A DNA stretch of 64,000 bases, taken from Candidatus Poribacteria bacterium. Its GTDB lineage: Bacteria > Poribacteria > WGA-4E > WGA-3G. The stretch is taken from assembly GCA_963665235.2 (NCBI GenBank), contig CAXXLX010000002.1:288001-352000 (forward strand). The letters are read 5' to 3'. Position numbers and translations under genes: made by a program. The notes below the pieces were generated by a model. The model did not search any database. It had not been told where the DNA came from and worked only from the letters and a program-made list of their open reading frames with translations. Shown here one piece after another: positions 31,923-42,885 of the stretch. The first letter of the stretch is position 1, and each line of letters starts with the position of its first letter.

Positions 31923-32642
31923 TCACTCGTTTGTAATGCCCCACATCCGCACCTTCTGCCACCACGACCCGCTCTGGAACAATTCACGCTCGTCGTAATC
32001 TACTTCACCATCAAACAGAAGGGTGACATGAACAGATAGGTCATGAGGCGTGTTGTTTGTGAGTTCAACAGCCAGCCTCGGATTGTGAGGGTCAAGGCGG
32101 AAGTCTCGACTAAAACTCTCGGTAAGCGCAAATTCGTGTTTCGTATTGTAGATAAACTCACCGTTGGCGGTCTCAGTAAAATCAGTGGAGACAAGAAGTT
32201 CCAACTTTTCAGGGGCTCCAGAGTCTCCAATCTTTTCTATTTTCCAGGAGTTGTCGTTGCGCCTCTGAGCAATCAGGGTAATAGGGGTGCCATTTATGGA
32301 AAAATTTTCAAAATTTACTCGGCCGTCGCCTCGAATAAACATATTCAGAATTCTAAGCGTCCCATCATCAAGGACAAACATCTCGATATCTGTTCCAGGA
32401 TAAAAGCAACTTTCCCCAGGCTGTAAGATATCCCCTGCTTTGCAGAAGGGGCCATCAGTAGGTTCAGTTGGGGTCGGAGGACTGGGTAAGGTAAATTCTA
32501 TCTTTACGGTCGCTATTTCAGGAACGGTCGTTTCTTCGCTATCTTCGCCACAACCTGCAACGAAAATAGATAGGGAAACTAAGACTGTCATTAGGAGAAT
32601 TGACAAAGTCATTTTTCCAGTCATAACGAACATTTTCATCAT
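31923..32642 (-). CDS. lipoprotein with CxxGDILQPGxSCxYPGT domain
   Basis: AAGGAG RBS, lipobox VAGC; domain shared with 37873-38301. Confidence 0.75.
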   Translation of the reverse strand: MMKMFVMTGKMTLSILLMTVLVSLSIFVAGCGEDSEETTVPEIATVKIEFTLPSPPTPTEPTDGPFCKAGDILQPGESCFYPGTDIEMFVLDDGTLRILNMFIRGDGRVNFENFSINGTPITLIAQRRNDNSWKIEKIGDSGAPEKLELLVSTDFTETANGEFIYNTKHEFALTESFSRDFRLDPHNPRLAVELTNNTPHDLSVHVTLLFDGEVDYDERELFQSGSWWQKVRMWGITNE

Positions 32643-32745
32643 AAACTCCTTTTGCATGATTTTCGATTGGATTGGGCAATCGTATTGTTGAATGGAAGGA
32701 TGGCAGACAACAATCCGCCATCCTTCCAACTTTCTCTGGTCCGTC

Positions 32746-35700
32746 CTACTTGCGTATCAACATCTTACGCGTGGCGGTGAAATCGCCTGCGGTGAGTGTG
32801 TAGAAATACACACCACTTGCAACAGGTTCACCGACTGCGTTTCTGCCATCCCAATAGGCGGCACGGGTGCGAGTCTGATAGGTGCCTGCACGTTGATGTC
32901 CTAAGTCTAACGCCCGGACAACACGCCCTTGGATGTCGTATATTGTCAATGATACATCCGCAGATTTGGACAACTGATAGGGTATCCATGTCTCCGGGTT
33001 GAACGGGTTCGGATAGTTGGCAAGCAGCGCGGTTTCTTCGGGGGCAACCAGTGCCAAGAACTGCTCAAGCACAGCGATCCCCGCTGATAGGTGTGAGAGG
33101 TGTTTCCCGATGCGCGCGCCTCAGTGAGCCACGCTTGGAGTTGGGCTGCGGTGAAATGGGAGTGCACCTGTGCGCGGGCAGCGGGCGCGGCTGCTGCCGC
33201 AGTATCTACCGCCGCTGCTACCAATATGAAATCGTCTACGTCGACGACTTCATCGCCGTTGACATCTGCGGTGTTGGTGCCGGTTTTCCCATACTGCAGT
33301 CCGACCTGTGCCAAATCTTGGACATCCACGACCCCATCACCGTTCACATCCTCTTTGCGGGTTACCGGTGCGGGGGTATCAGGCGGTGCACCAGCTGACG
33401 GAAGAACACCAAGAGCTATGCCGAATGGACCCCCTACTCAATCCTAATTGTGACGAGGTCTTCAATGTTTGATCCATCCAAGTTCGCACGTTGGATTTTA
33501 TCCGTGCCAAAATCTGTCCAATACATCTTGCCACCCTCAACATCTAACGCTATGCCTATGGACTACTCAATCCTTGTGTGACGAGGTCTTCAACGTTAGA
33601 GCCATCCAAGTTCGCACGCTGGATTTTATCCGTGCCATAATCTGTCCAATACATCTTGCCACCCACCACATCTAACGCTATGCCGTCTGGACTCCTCAAT
33701 CCTTGTGTGACGAGGTCTTCAATGTTTGAGCCGTCCAAGTTCGCACGTTGGATTTTATCCGTGTTAAAATCTGTCCAATCTGTCCAATACATCTTGCCAC
33801 CCACCACATCTAACGCTATGCCGTCTGGACCCCTCAATCCTTGTGTGACGAGGTCTTCAATGTTTGATCCATCCAAGTTCGCACGTTGGATTTTATCCGT
33901 GCCAGAATCTGTCCAATACATCTTGCCACCCTCTACATCTAACGCTATGCCGTCTGGACCCTCAATCCTTGTGTGACGAGGTCTTCGATGTTTGAGCCAT
34001 CCAAGTTCGCACGTTGGATTTTATCCGTGTACCAATCTGTCCAATACATCTTGCCACCCACCACATCTAACGCTATGCCGTCTGGCCCTCAATCCCTGTC
34101 GTGACGAGGTCTTCAATGTTTGAGCCATCCAAGTTCGCACGTTGGATTTTATCCGTGTCATAATCTGTCCAGAAAATCGTCAACAGGTCTTCGCCTCTAC
34201 TTGCAGTGACGAGGACTTCTGTGGTCAGCGCGGGGCCTTTATAGGTTGTGATCGCGCCATCTGCCACACTGAAGGTCAACGCACTATCCCTGACAAAGTC
34301 GGTGCCATCAAAATTCAGTTTGACCCTTATTTGTCTATCGCCGAGGCGTTTCACGGTAGCGGTGTCTACTGCTACCCCCTTGATGCCGGAGACTGTCACG
34401 GCGTTTCTGATTTTGGCAATATCCTTTTCGTAAGTCGCATCGGACAGGCTCAGCGTAACGACGCTGCCATTTAGCGTCGCCTCTGTCAATGGGGACACCA
34501 TCGAAGCGGAAACACTTTCCTTAACGGGGGTAACAGAGACTTCTGCGGTTAATGCCGCTCCCGTGTAGTTTGTGATTGCGCTTGCTGCCACGCTGAAGGT
34601 GAGTGTCGCAGTCTTGTCAAGGTTGGTACCGTCAAAATCGAGTGCAACTGTTATCCTTCTATTACTGAGGCGTTTCACTTTTGCAGTGTTTATTTTTACA
34701 CCAGTGATGCCCGATACCGTCACGGCGTTGCTAATTTTGGAGAGGTCTCGCTCATAAGTGGCACCCGTAAGGGTCAGTGTGACAGGGTCCGTATTTAGTG
34801 TCGCCTCTGTCAACCGAGATACAACCGAAAGGCTTTCCTTATGAGCAGTGACAGCTATTTCTGTAGTCAATGCCGCTCCTGTGTAGTTTGCTATAGCACC
34901 CGATGCAACGTTAAAGGTCAGTGTCGCATCCGTGTCAAAGTCGGTGCCGTCAAAACCGAGTTCAACGGTGACTTTTTTATCACTGAGACGTTGCACCTTA
35001 GCGGTATTTACCGTTACACCAGTAATACCCGATACCGCCACCGCATCCCTGATTTTGGAGAGGTCTTGCTCATAAGTGGCACCTGTCAGCGCCAGTGTGA
35101 CAGCACTCTCATTGAGTGTCGCCTCTGTTAATAGAGACACAACCGAAGCAGAGATATTTATCTCAACGCGTCCCTCAATAGCAGTGACAGGGATTTCTGT
35201 GGTGAAGGCATCTCCCGTGTAGCCTGCTATAGCCCCCGATGCAACATTAAAGGTCAGTGTGGTATCCGCATCGAAGTTCGTCCAATCAAAATCCAATTCA
35301 AAGGTTATTTCTGTGTCGCTGAGGCGTTGTACTGTTGCCGGATCTACCGTTACGCCAGGGATCCCGGATACCGTCACTGCATCTCTGATTGTAGAAACGT
35401 CCGCCTCGTAAATCGGACCTGTCAGTGTCAGTGTGACCACACTCTCATCCAAAGTCACTTCTGTCAACGGAGACACAACCGAAGCAGCAACGCCTTCTTT
35501 AATAGCAGTGACAGGGACTTCTGCGGTGAAGGCATCTCCCGTGTAGCCTGCTATAGCACCCGATCCCACGTTAAAAGTCAGTGTGGCATCCGCGTCAAAA
35601 TCAGTGCCATCAAAGGTAAGTGCAACCGTTATCTCTGTGTCGCTGAGACGTTGAATTTTAGAAGGATCTGCTGTCACACCATCAATCCCGGTTACTGTCA

Positions 35701-36568
35701 CTGTATCTCTGATTGTAGAAACGTCCGCCTCGTAAATCGGACCTGTCAGTGTCAGTGTGACGACGCTCTCATCCAAAGTCGCCTCTGTTAATGGAGACAC
35801 AACCGAAGCAACAACGCCTTCTTTAATAGCAGTAACGGGGACTTCTGCGGTGAAGGCATCTCCCGTGTAGTCTACTATAGCCCCCGATTCCACGTTAAAG
35901 GTCAGTGTGGCATCCGCGTCAAAATCAGTGCCATCAAAAGCAAGTGCAACCGTTATCTCTGTGTCGCTGAGACGTTGCACCGTGGTCAAGTCTACCGTTA
36001 CGCCATTGATACCGGATACCGATACGGCATCTCTAATTTTGGAAATGTCCTGTTCATAAGTGTGTTCGTTTAGTGTTAATGTGACGACACTCTCATCCAA
36101 AGTTGTTTCTGTCAAAGGTAATGTAACCGAAGCAGAAACCTGTGAGGGTTCGTCAAGCACGCAGGTGATGGATGTTCCAGAAGGTGCGTAACGCGTCAGA
36201 ACGCGAACGTCACCCCTCGGAACAAGTGTAAGCCAGCCGAAGTTAATACTACCACCAGCCTGAGACCTGAAGCGACCTTGGATCACAATCCCGCTTCCAT
36301 CAGAAGTATGGCCAACCAGGACGGTATGCGCCTCATTTACCGCAAAGGTATCTCTCGGAAATTCAAGTCCCTCACATAAGCGCGTTGCACGATCCAAGAG
36401 TGCTTGAAATTTATTTCCTGAAGCTGCGAAAAGATCACTTAATGCAGGATCTTCCGGCACAGTAACCGCTTCAGCAACACGGTTTACGCCTTGAAAACTA
36501 CATACCAACACTATCATCACAAAAATTGACACGGTGATTTTTTCAGTCATAACGAACATTTTCATCAT
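32746..36568 (-). CDS. large surface protein: ~6 Ig-like repeats, YWTD (LDL-receptor class B) repeats, dockerin-like repeat, FlgD-Ig CTD; several frameshifts
   Basis: Consecutive ORF pieces in domain order (MYWTD..DKIQRANLDGS; NGDGVVDVQDL; NYPNPFNPETWIPY); breaks near 34080, 33560, 33440 and 33080. Confidence 0.8.
33450..34170 (-). repeat. ~129-bp tandem coding repeats (YWTD)
   Basis: Near-identical units containing aagttcgcacgttggattttatccgtg. Confidence 0.85.
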
Positions 36569-36719
36569 AAACTCCTTTTGCATGATTTTCGATTGCACTG
36601 GGCAATCGTATTGTTGAATGGAAGGATGGCAGACAACAAACTTCCCCCCTTCCAGATTTTGTACTGCTAACGGTTATTCAGACCAAAAATTAGCAAAGTT
36701 AAGACAAGTTTTGTCGTTG

Positions 36720-37000
36720 AAATTCCATAGGTGTCAAATATCCTAACGCCGAGTGCGGGCGTTTTTGATTCCCTCTAGCGTCAATACCAATGCCCCAAAA
36801 TCCGTGTCAAATATCCTAACGCCGAGTGCGGGCGTTTTTGATTGGACACTTGTGTGATAAAATGACCGATGTGATGTCTCGCTTCCGTGATATCCTTGTC
36901 CTCGTTGAGATGCACTTCTTCCTCCTTGAGGGTTCGGATAAGTCTTTCAGCATACCTGTTCTCCCAAGGACACCCTCTTCGGGCTAAGGAAATCTCATAA
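36720..37000 (-). pseudogene. IS3-family transposase (rve) C-terminal remnant
   Basis: GCPWENRYAERLIRTLKEEEV...RPHSALGYLT; 40-bp duplication at 36731/36804. Confidence 0.8.
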
Positions 37001-37238
37001 AGTCTGACATTTCTCAGATGTATCAAGAAAGTAGTAATCATATAGAGTTCGCAGGTATAGCCAACTGAAAATATGATATTTTGAAAAAGTTTCTTGACTT
37101 TTAATGCATGAGATGGCATCGTAATTGTTGATAATATTGACTTTAGGAGGTCATCTCATGCAAGAGAAGCTTATCAAATCTACAGAAATTTTTCAAGAAC
37201 TTTTTCTACTTACTTTCAGCGTATGTCCGAGCGTATAG

Positions 37239-37658
37239 TTAGGACGCTATTGTCGGTGTGTGTGCTGTCTTTTTGGTCTTTTTGCGTAATTTTCGATTGC
37301 ATCGGGCAATCAGATTGTTGAATGGAAGGATGGCAGACAACAATCCGCCATCCTTCCCCGTTTCTCTGATCGCCTTACTTATAGTTTGTATCAACATTTT
37401 ACGCGTGGCAGAAAAATCGCCTGCGGTGAGTGTGTAGAAATACACACCGCTCGCGCCAGGTTCACCCTGCGCGTTTCTGCCATCCCAATAGGCGGCACGG
37501 GTGCGAGTCTGATAGGTGCCTGCACGCTGATGTCCTAAGTCTAACGCACACACAACACGCCCTTGGATGTCGTATATCGTCAATGATACATCCGCAGGTT
37601 TGAACAACTGATAGGGTATCCACGTTTCTGGGTTGAACGGGTTCGGATAGTTTGCCAA
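37239..37658 (-). pseudogene. orphan FlgD-Ig C-terminal domain
   Basis: Highly similar to the CTD at 32746-33020 but without an N-terminal passenger. Confidence 0.8.
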
Positions 37659-37676
37659 TGTGAACCACCCCTCAAT

Positions 37677-37840
37677 AAATTAACGCGAGTTTGAAAAAAA
37701 GTTTTGACCTAGAGCGTTCTGTGGTAGTTTTAGCAAAAAACAGCACAAACTAGGAAGTTTATGCTACAATTATTCCGCTTTTTTCGCGATGAAAAAGGTT
37801 TAGAGCAAACGGATATTTATTATCAAGCTCACGTTAAATT
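37677..37840. mobile_element. MITE with AATTTAACG(C/T)GAG(T/C)TTGA TIRs containing one REP
   Basis: 18-bp imperfect TIRs; lone end also at ~24235-24251. Confidence 0.65.
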
Positions 37841-37872
37841 AGGTCTATCAGACGACTATTGATTCCTTAAGG

Positions 37873-38301
37873 TTAATCTCCAATTTCCTCTATTTCCCAT
37901 GAGCCATCAGCGCGTTTATTGGCAACAAGGGTATAACGTTTACCATTGATATTTGAATCCTTAATATTCAGGCCTCGGCCGACAGTAAAGAACAAGAACT
38001 GTGCGCTTCCGTTATCAAGAATAGTCAGCTCGTCATTGGTCCCAGGGTACGTACAACTGTCACCGGGTTGGAGAATATCACCGACTTGACATACCCCCTG
38101 TTCTGCGGGTTGAGGCGGTTGTTCCGGTTGCGTTTCAACCTCTTGTTCTGCGGGTTGTTCCGGTTGCGTTTCAACCTCAACAGGCTCCGGCGACTCATCG
38201 TCTGCCCCGCAGCCTATTAAAAGAGTTATTGAACAACCGATTAATAAACCCACTAAGATCAATATGAGGTGTTTTTGCGTCAATTCGTTGTTTCTAAACA
38301 T
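37873..38301 (-). CDS. lipoprotein with CxxGDILQPGxSCxYPGT domain
   Basis: AGGAG RBS, lipobox LIGC, PEQP linker. Confidence 0.8.
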   Translation of the reverse strand: MFRNNELTQKHLILILVGLLIGCSITLLIGCGADDESPEPVEVETQPEQPAEQEVETQPEQPPQPAEQGVCQVGDILQPGDSCTYPGTNDELTILDNGSAQFLFFTVGRGLNIKDSNINGKRYTLVANKRADGSWEIEEIGD

Positions 38302-38529
38302 AAGTAGAACTCCTTTTTAGAAAAGTGTCAAGTGAGTGCTGAAGCTCTCGCTTGATCGAGAATACTTGAAAGTCTATTTTCGTATCAACATCTTGCGCGC
38401 AGCGGTGAGTGTATAAAAATAGACACCATCCGCTATAGGTTCATCGAACGCGCTTTTGCCATTTGCTCGGTTTTGAAGCCTCTTGGCTATGAAACCGAGG
38501 TTTCCCCAGCCTTTAGGCTGTGGGTGCTA

Positions 38530-39444
38530 TCACCTATTGCTTCTCATGATAAAGAGCATATCTTCCGCAAGCTCTGTGAGCACTTCTACTAAATCTCTAT
38601 TTAGACGGGGGCTCACTTGACAAGGTCCATCAATCTCTAAAAAATAACCTGTGAACTCAAAATCTCCCCTGATCGTTTCAAAGTCCTGTTCAGGAATATC
38701 GACTACAAAACGGAACCCGTTATTCCGTACTTCAATAGTCCCTGACCTGGGTTTACCTACTTCAAATTCTGATAATTTACCATCTGGAATTGACCGGAAA
38801 CCCTTAATAAAATCTCCTCCAGGAGGCTCCGTAATAAAATCTGCTCCAGCAAATTTAACGGAGGCCCGCTTGGATGTTAGAACCGGCCCACCTGCTACCA
38901 GGAGACTATCACCCGGTGAGGCAGCAACTGCAACGAGATCTCCATCTGATAACAAAACCAACCCACGATTACCTACCCCAAATACAATAGGTGTCCCTCT
39001 ATAATCTTCATCTAAAGGAGGGATCCGGCAGCCGACAGTGACCTGAAAAGTTATAGGCGTTGCCGTTGCGTTGGCCTGTCCGCTGTCGTCTGCGGCGGAA
39101 ACAGTAATTGTTGTCACGCCACCCCCCATACCTGTGATAGTCAAGGTAGTGCTATTCACTGCTACAGTAGCGATAGTCGTGTCATTAGAAGACGCGCGGA
39201 TGATATGTGTGTCCCAAAGATCGGCATCGGTTATGTTGACTACTACCCTTGCCTCGTCATCCACACCAAGCGTCTGATCGGATATCGCCGCAATCACCGG
39301 TTGATTATTTTTTTCAACAATCACCGGTTGGTTATTTTCCTCTTCTTCAATTTCCCCGCACCCAACAAGAACGAAGGATGCAAGCAGAAGGGTTAGGATC
39401 AACGCGAAGCACTTTCGAGCTATAGATAACCTTTTCATATTCAT
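38530..39444 (-). CDS. lipoprotein with Ig-like (cadherin/Big_2-like) domain
   Basis: Lipobox LVGC; NQPVIAAISDQTL...SSNDTTIATV. Confidence 0.75.
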   Translation of the reverse strand: MNMKRLSIARKCFALILTLLLASFVLVGCGEIEEEENNQPVIVEKNNQPVIAAISDQTLGVDDEARVVVNITDADLWDTHIIRASSNDTTIATVAVNSTTLTITGMGGGVTTITVSAADDSGQANATATPITFQVTVGCRIPPLDEDYRGTPIVFGVGNRGLVLLSDGDLVAVAASPGDSLLVAGGPVLTSKRASVKFAGADFITEPPGGDFIKGFRSIPDGKLSEFEVGKPRSGTIEVRNNGFRFVVDIPEQDFETIRGDFEFTGYFLEIDGPCQVSPRLNRDLVEVLTELAEDMLFIMRSNR

Positions 39445-40026
39445 AAGCAACTCCTTTTGATTAATTTCCGATTGCACCGGGCAACCGTATTAGTGAAAAC
39501 ACTGAATAAAACCCAATGCAACAAAAATAGCCCGCGACGAAACATTTCGTACAAGACGAAACTCGCGCGAGCACAAATAGAGTCCCGCAATAAGTGCTGG
39601 GACTGTTAAATTTCTAATAATAGTTAATTTATAATTAACATTTAGAAGGGGGGGGTAATTATCGTTAATTTAATATTAACGATATGTTTCGAAGCTGAAC
39701 AAACGCAAGCACGACAAGGATTCGCACCGCCTGCACAGCAACTGTACGGCACGGCTAAAATCGGTTTTGGGATGCTAAAATTGTGGTGCATTTTCTGCAT
39801 CTTTTTTACCTGCATTTGCTTTATGGTTCGGAAAATTGCACGGGTTGCATTTTCCTTACCGTGTGTTAATCAATATAAACTTGATAACATCGGACTAAAG
39901 TTTGGACGATGTGTCTGCGTTTGCTGAGAGGGACAGAGATGGACTCATCTCTTTATTACCGCGTCCGGGCGGCATATCGGACCTCTCCCGATTTATAACA
40001 AATGGTGCCCGTGTTTGAAGGCATAG

Positions 40027-40123
40027 CATCAGACCGAAGTAAGCACGGTTTGCTACACACGAAGGCACAATCGTTAAAATTGTCGAACGGCGACATCAGA
40101 CCGAAGTAAGCACGGTTTGCTAC
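40027..40123. repeat. 30-bp direct repeat x2, 37-bp spacer
   Basis: catcagaccgaagtaagcacggtttgctac at 40027 and 40094. Confidence 0.9.
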
Positions 40124-40200
40124 CCCTGATGCGACCGGGTGCCAAAAAACGAGCAGAATCTATCAGACATTTTCCAAACTTTCACTTTATCACTTTAATA

Positions 40201-40229
40201 ATTATACAAACAATTGCATTTTTTGTCAA
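40201..40229 (-). promoter_or_regulatory. consensus sigma70 promoter
   Basis: TTGACA-17 nt-TATAAT. Confidence 0.8.
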
Positions 40230-40360
40230 CTTTTTTTGAAAAAAATGACAAATATGCCTGTACAACATCTTTTTTTGCGATGTGTTTGGTGAAAATCGTT
40301 GATTTTTCCGTTCACATATTTCAGTGTACAATATTTCACGAAAAAGGTCAATTAATTTTT

Positions 40361-40473
40361 CAGGACTTACGCAGCGCGTTGATAAAGTCCATAGATAATG
40401 GGATTTAAAGTGAGACCTAGCGGGCGAGGTGACCTCGCCCCTACGAGGTTCCTACTAAATTTGCGTAAGTCCT
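40361..40473. mobile_element. CAGGACTTACGCA MITE
   Basis: TIRs with ATTTTT duplication; internal gggcgaggtgacctcgcccctac palindrome. Confidence 0.85.
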
Positions 40474-40573
40474 ATTTTTGATATTTTGCCAGAGGTATTT
40501 AGAATGGGCAATCGCTTGCACAGCACGCTCCTACAGAAGAAAATCGCGTGCCCAGCACGCTCCTACAGAGCTG

Positions 40574-41764
40574 CTATGAATGAGGTTCCGCTGAATAGAG
40601 GTGGACATCCCGTTGTGGGTAGGGAATTTGGACTTCGTATTCCTTAAATTTTTCCCAAATCATAAAGTGAAGGTCGCTGTTAATATCAAACCGCTCAAAA
40701 GCGTTCGGAATCCATGATAATAGTTCAAAATTTAAGGTGTATTCACCGAAGTTGGTGAATCGAACGGATGGTGCGGCGACATCTTCTATTTCAGGTATCG
40801 GTTCTTTAAGGACTTCTGGGTGTGCATGTGCAACTTCAAGTAGGGTTTTTTTGACGAGCTCTACGTCCGATTTATATGATACGCTGACAGGTATACGTAT
40901 GCGGAAGAAGTTGTTATAGTGTGTGAGATTGTGAACTGATTCCGAAATTAATTGTGAGTTCGGAACGATAATCTCCTTTTCATCGAGGGCGACGATGACT
41001 GTCGATCGGAAATTGATGGAGCTCACTTTGCCAAATACGTCTATATCCATGATTTCCACAAGATCGCCGATCTTGATCGGTTTCTCAAATATCAGGATAA
41101 CACCGGAGATTAGGTTCGATGCAAGATTCTGTAGACCGAAACCGATACCGATACTCAATCCACCGAAGATGAGTGCCATGCTTGTTAAATCTAAACCGAG
41201 TATCCCGAAGCTGATAAGAACGCTGATAGTGATAAGGGTAACGTGAAAGAAACGGAGTATAAGAAATTGGGTGTGTTGTTCAATTTGAAAAGCTTGTAAA
41301 ACTTGTCGGCGCAGCACCCATTGGGCATATTTTGAGAGGACAAACGTGCCAAAGATGATAACGAATGCGTAGAAAAGTTTCTCTAATGTCAGTTGCCTTC
41401 CATCTTCTGTGGATACTTGTTGCTGGTCGTTTTCTGAGGATGCTTCCTGCTCAGCTTCGGTCTCATCCTGCTTTTTGGAGGGTTGGAATAGGTCCGTGAG
41501 GGATGTTGTTAAGAATTCATCCAGCTCGATGGTACCTATTCCTGATAGATTAAACGCTAATCCGATTCCTATACCGACAACGATGAGAAAGAGCAGTGCA
41601 AGCAATCGGGTTCGGATGTTTTGAGGTATTTCCATCCGATTGAAAAGTCGCCTGAAACTTCGACGTGAAATTTCGGCAAGCACTAAAGCACCTATTAGAA
41701 TTCCGACAAACGTCAGATGTTTGAGGTTAATTGTATTTAGGAGTTGTTGGAACCATTGACTCAT
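40574..41764 (-). CDS. MscS small-conductance mechanosensitive channel
   Basis: GIGFGLQNLASNLISG, IKIGDLV, IIVPNS, IPYPQRDVHL. Confidence 0.92.
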   Translation of the reverse strand: MSQWFQQLLNTINLKHLTFVGILIGALVLAEISRRSFRRLFNRMEIPQNIRTRLLALLFLIVVGIGIGLAFNLSGIGTIELDEFLTTSLTDLFQPSKKQDETEAEQEASSENDQQQVSTEDGRQLTLEKLFYAFVIIFGTFVLSKYAQWVLRRQVLQAFQIEQHTQFLILRFFHVTLITISVLISFGILGLDLTSMALIFGGLSIGIGFGLQNLASNLISGVILIFEKPIKIGDLVEIMDIDVFGKVSSINFRSTVIVALDEKEIIVPNSQLISESVHNLTHYNNFFRIRIPVSVSYKSDVELVKKTLLEVAHAHPEVLKEPIPEIEDVAAPSVRFTNFGEYTLNFELLSWIPNAFERFDINSDLHFMIWEKFKEYEVQIPYPQRDVHLYSAEPHS

Positions 41765-41817
41765 TTTATATCCATCCTAAGCGCGTTCCGTGCGCGTAGT
41801 GTCCGTTCTATCTAATC

Positions 41818-42150
41818 CTATATTCCGAGAGGCAGTCCGATGTTTGCGATAAGTGATAGCCCAAATAGGCCAATGAGAAAACCGATACCGATAGAGATGG
41901 CAAATCCCACTGCGGCATAAAGGAGTTGAATACTTCTTGCCTTGGCTGTATAAGCTTCGGTGTAAAATAGGATGTATTCCTGCGATTTTTCAAGCAGCCG
42001 GGCTGCTGGCGGTGTTGACTGATAGATGTATGCGATGAGCAGTCCTACTGGGCCTAGGAAACAACCGACAAGGAGCCATAGAATTTTGGTGACATCAACT
42101 TCTGCCTCCTGTTCGGCAATCATTCGGGCTTGGTGTTGTTCATTATTCAT
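41818..42150 (-). CDS. hypothetical membrane protein
   Basis: Paralog of 26606-27103; AAGGAA RBS before MNNEQ. Confidence 0.7.
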   Translation of the reverse strand: MNNEQHQARMIAEQEAEVDVTKILWLLVGCFLGPVGLLIAYIYQSTPPAARLLEKSQEYILFYTEAYTAKARSIQLLYAAVGFAISIGIGFLIGLFGLSLIANIGLPLGI

Positions 42151-42273
42151 TGCTAGCTTTCCTTTACAGTCTGTGAATTTGATAAATAATTGACGCATTT
42201 TTTGTCCAAAGAGAACCCTTTCGGTATAATGGAACAAGAATCTCTAACAAAAGGAGTTCTCTCAATGGATATT

Positions 42274-42713
42274 ATACCATTTTTTAATTATTCTATCATT
42301 ACCGTTTGTTAGAAATGAAACGGAGAACGGAAGACCCAAACTGGAAGTTTATGCTACTACAAAGAGGCACAAACTGGAAGTTTATGCTACAAGAAAGAGA
42401 CATTTTCCAATTAGAAACGGAGAACGGAAGACCCAAACTGGAAGTTTATGCTACTACAAAGAGGCACAAACTGGAAGTTTATGCTACAAGAAAGAGACAT
42501 TTTCCAATTAGAAACGGAGAACGGAAGACCCAAACTGGAAGTTTATGCTACTACAAAGAGGCACAAACTGGAAGTTTATGCTACAAGAAAGAGACATTTT
42601 CCAATTAGAAACGGAGAACGGAAGACCCAAACTGGAAGTTATGCTACTACAAAGAGGCACAAACTGGAAGTTTATGCTACAAGAAAGAGACATTTTCCAA
42701 TTAGAAATGGTAT
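42274..42713. mobile_element. ATACCATTT-MITE with 4 x 97-bp units (two REPs each)
   Basis: gaacggaagacccaaactgg at 42325, 42422, 42519 and 42616. Confidence 0.85.
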
Positions 42714-42885
42714 TATAACACGTTTCTGCAAAATAGACGAGTTTTTTTGGGGTGTGTAATACAAACGGGTGTACAAAAACTTTACGCACCCCAAGTTTAG
42801 TATTAAGTAGACACTTTTTCCGTTTCATGATAGACTTTATGTTACGCAGGGTTCTATAAACATATCGTTTCTAAGGAGATGCAAT

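Noticed and set aside
32688-32731. Integron attC sites
   Set aside because: Core sites are not in RYYYAAC...GTTRRRY order in the gene direction, and there is no integrase
40027-40123. Mini-CRISPR
   Set aside because: Only two repeats, no cas, and a GTAG hairpin-like repeat; kept only as a leader feature
42320-42700. CRISPR array or repeat-protein ORFs
   Set aside because: Intervening sequences repeat identically; ORFs appear in several frames as repeat artefacts
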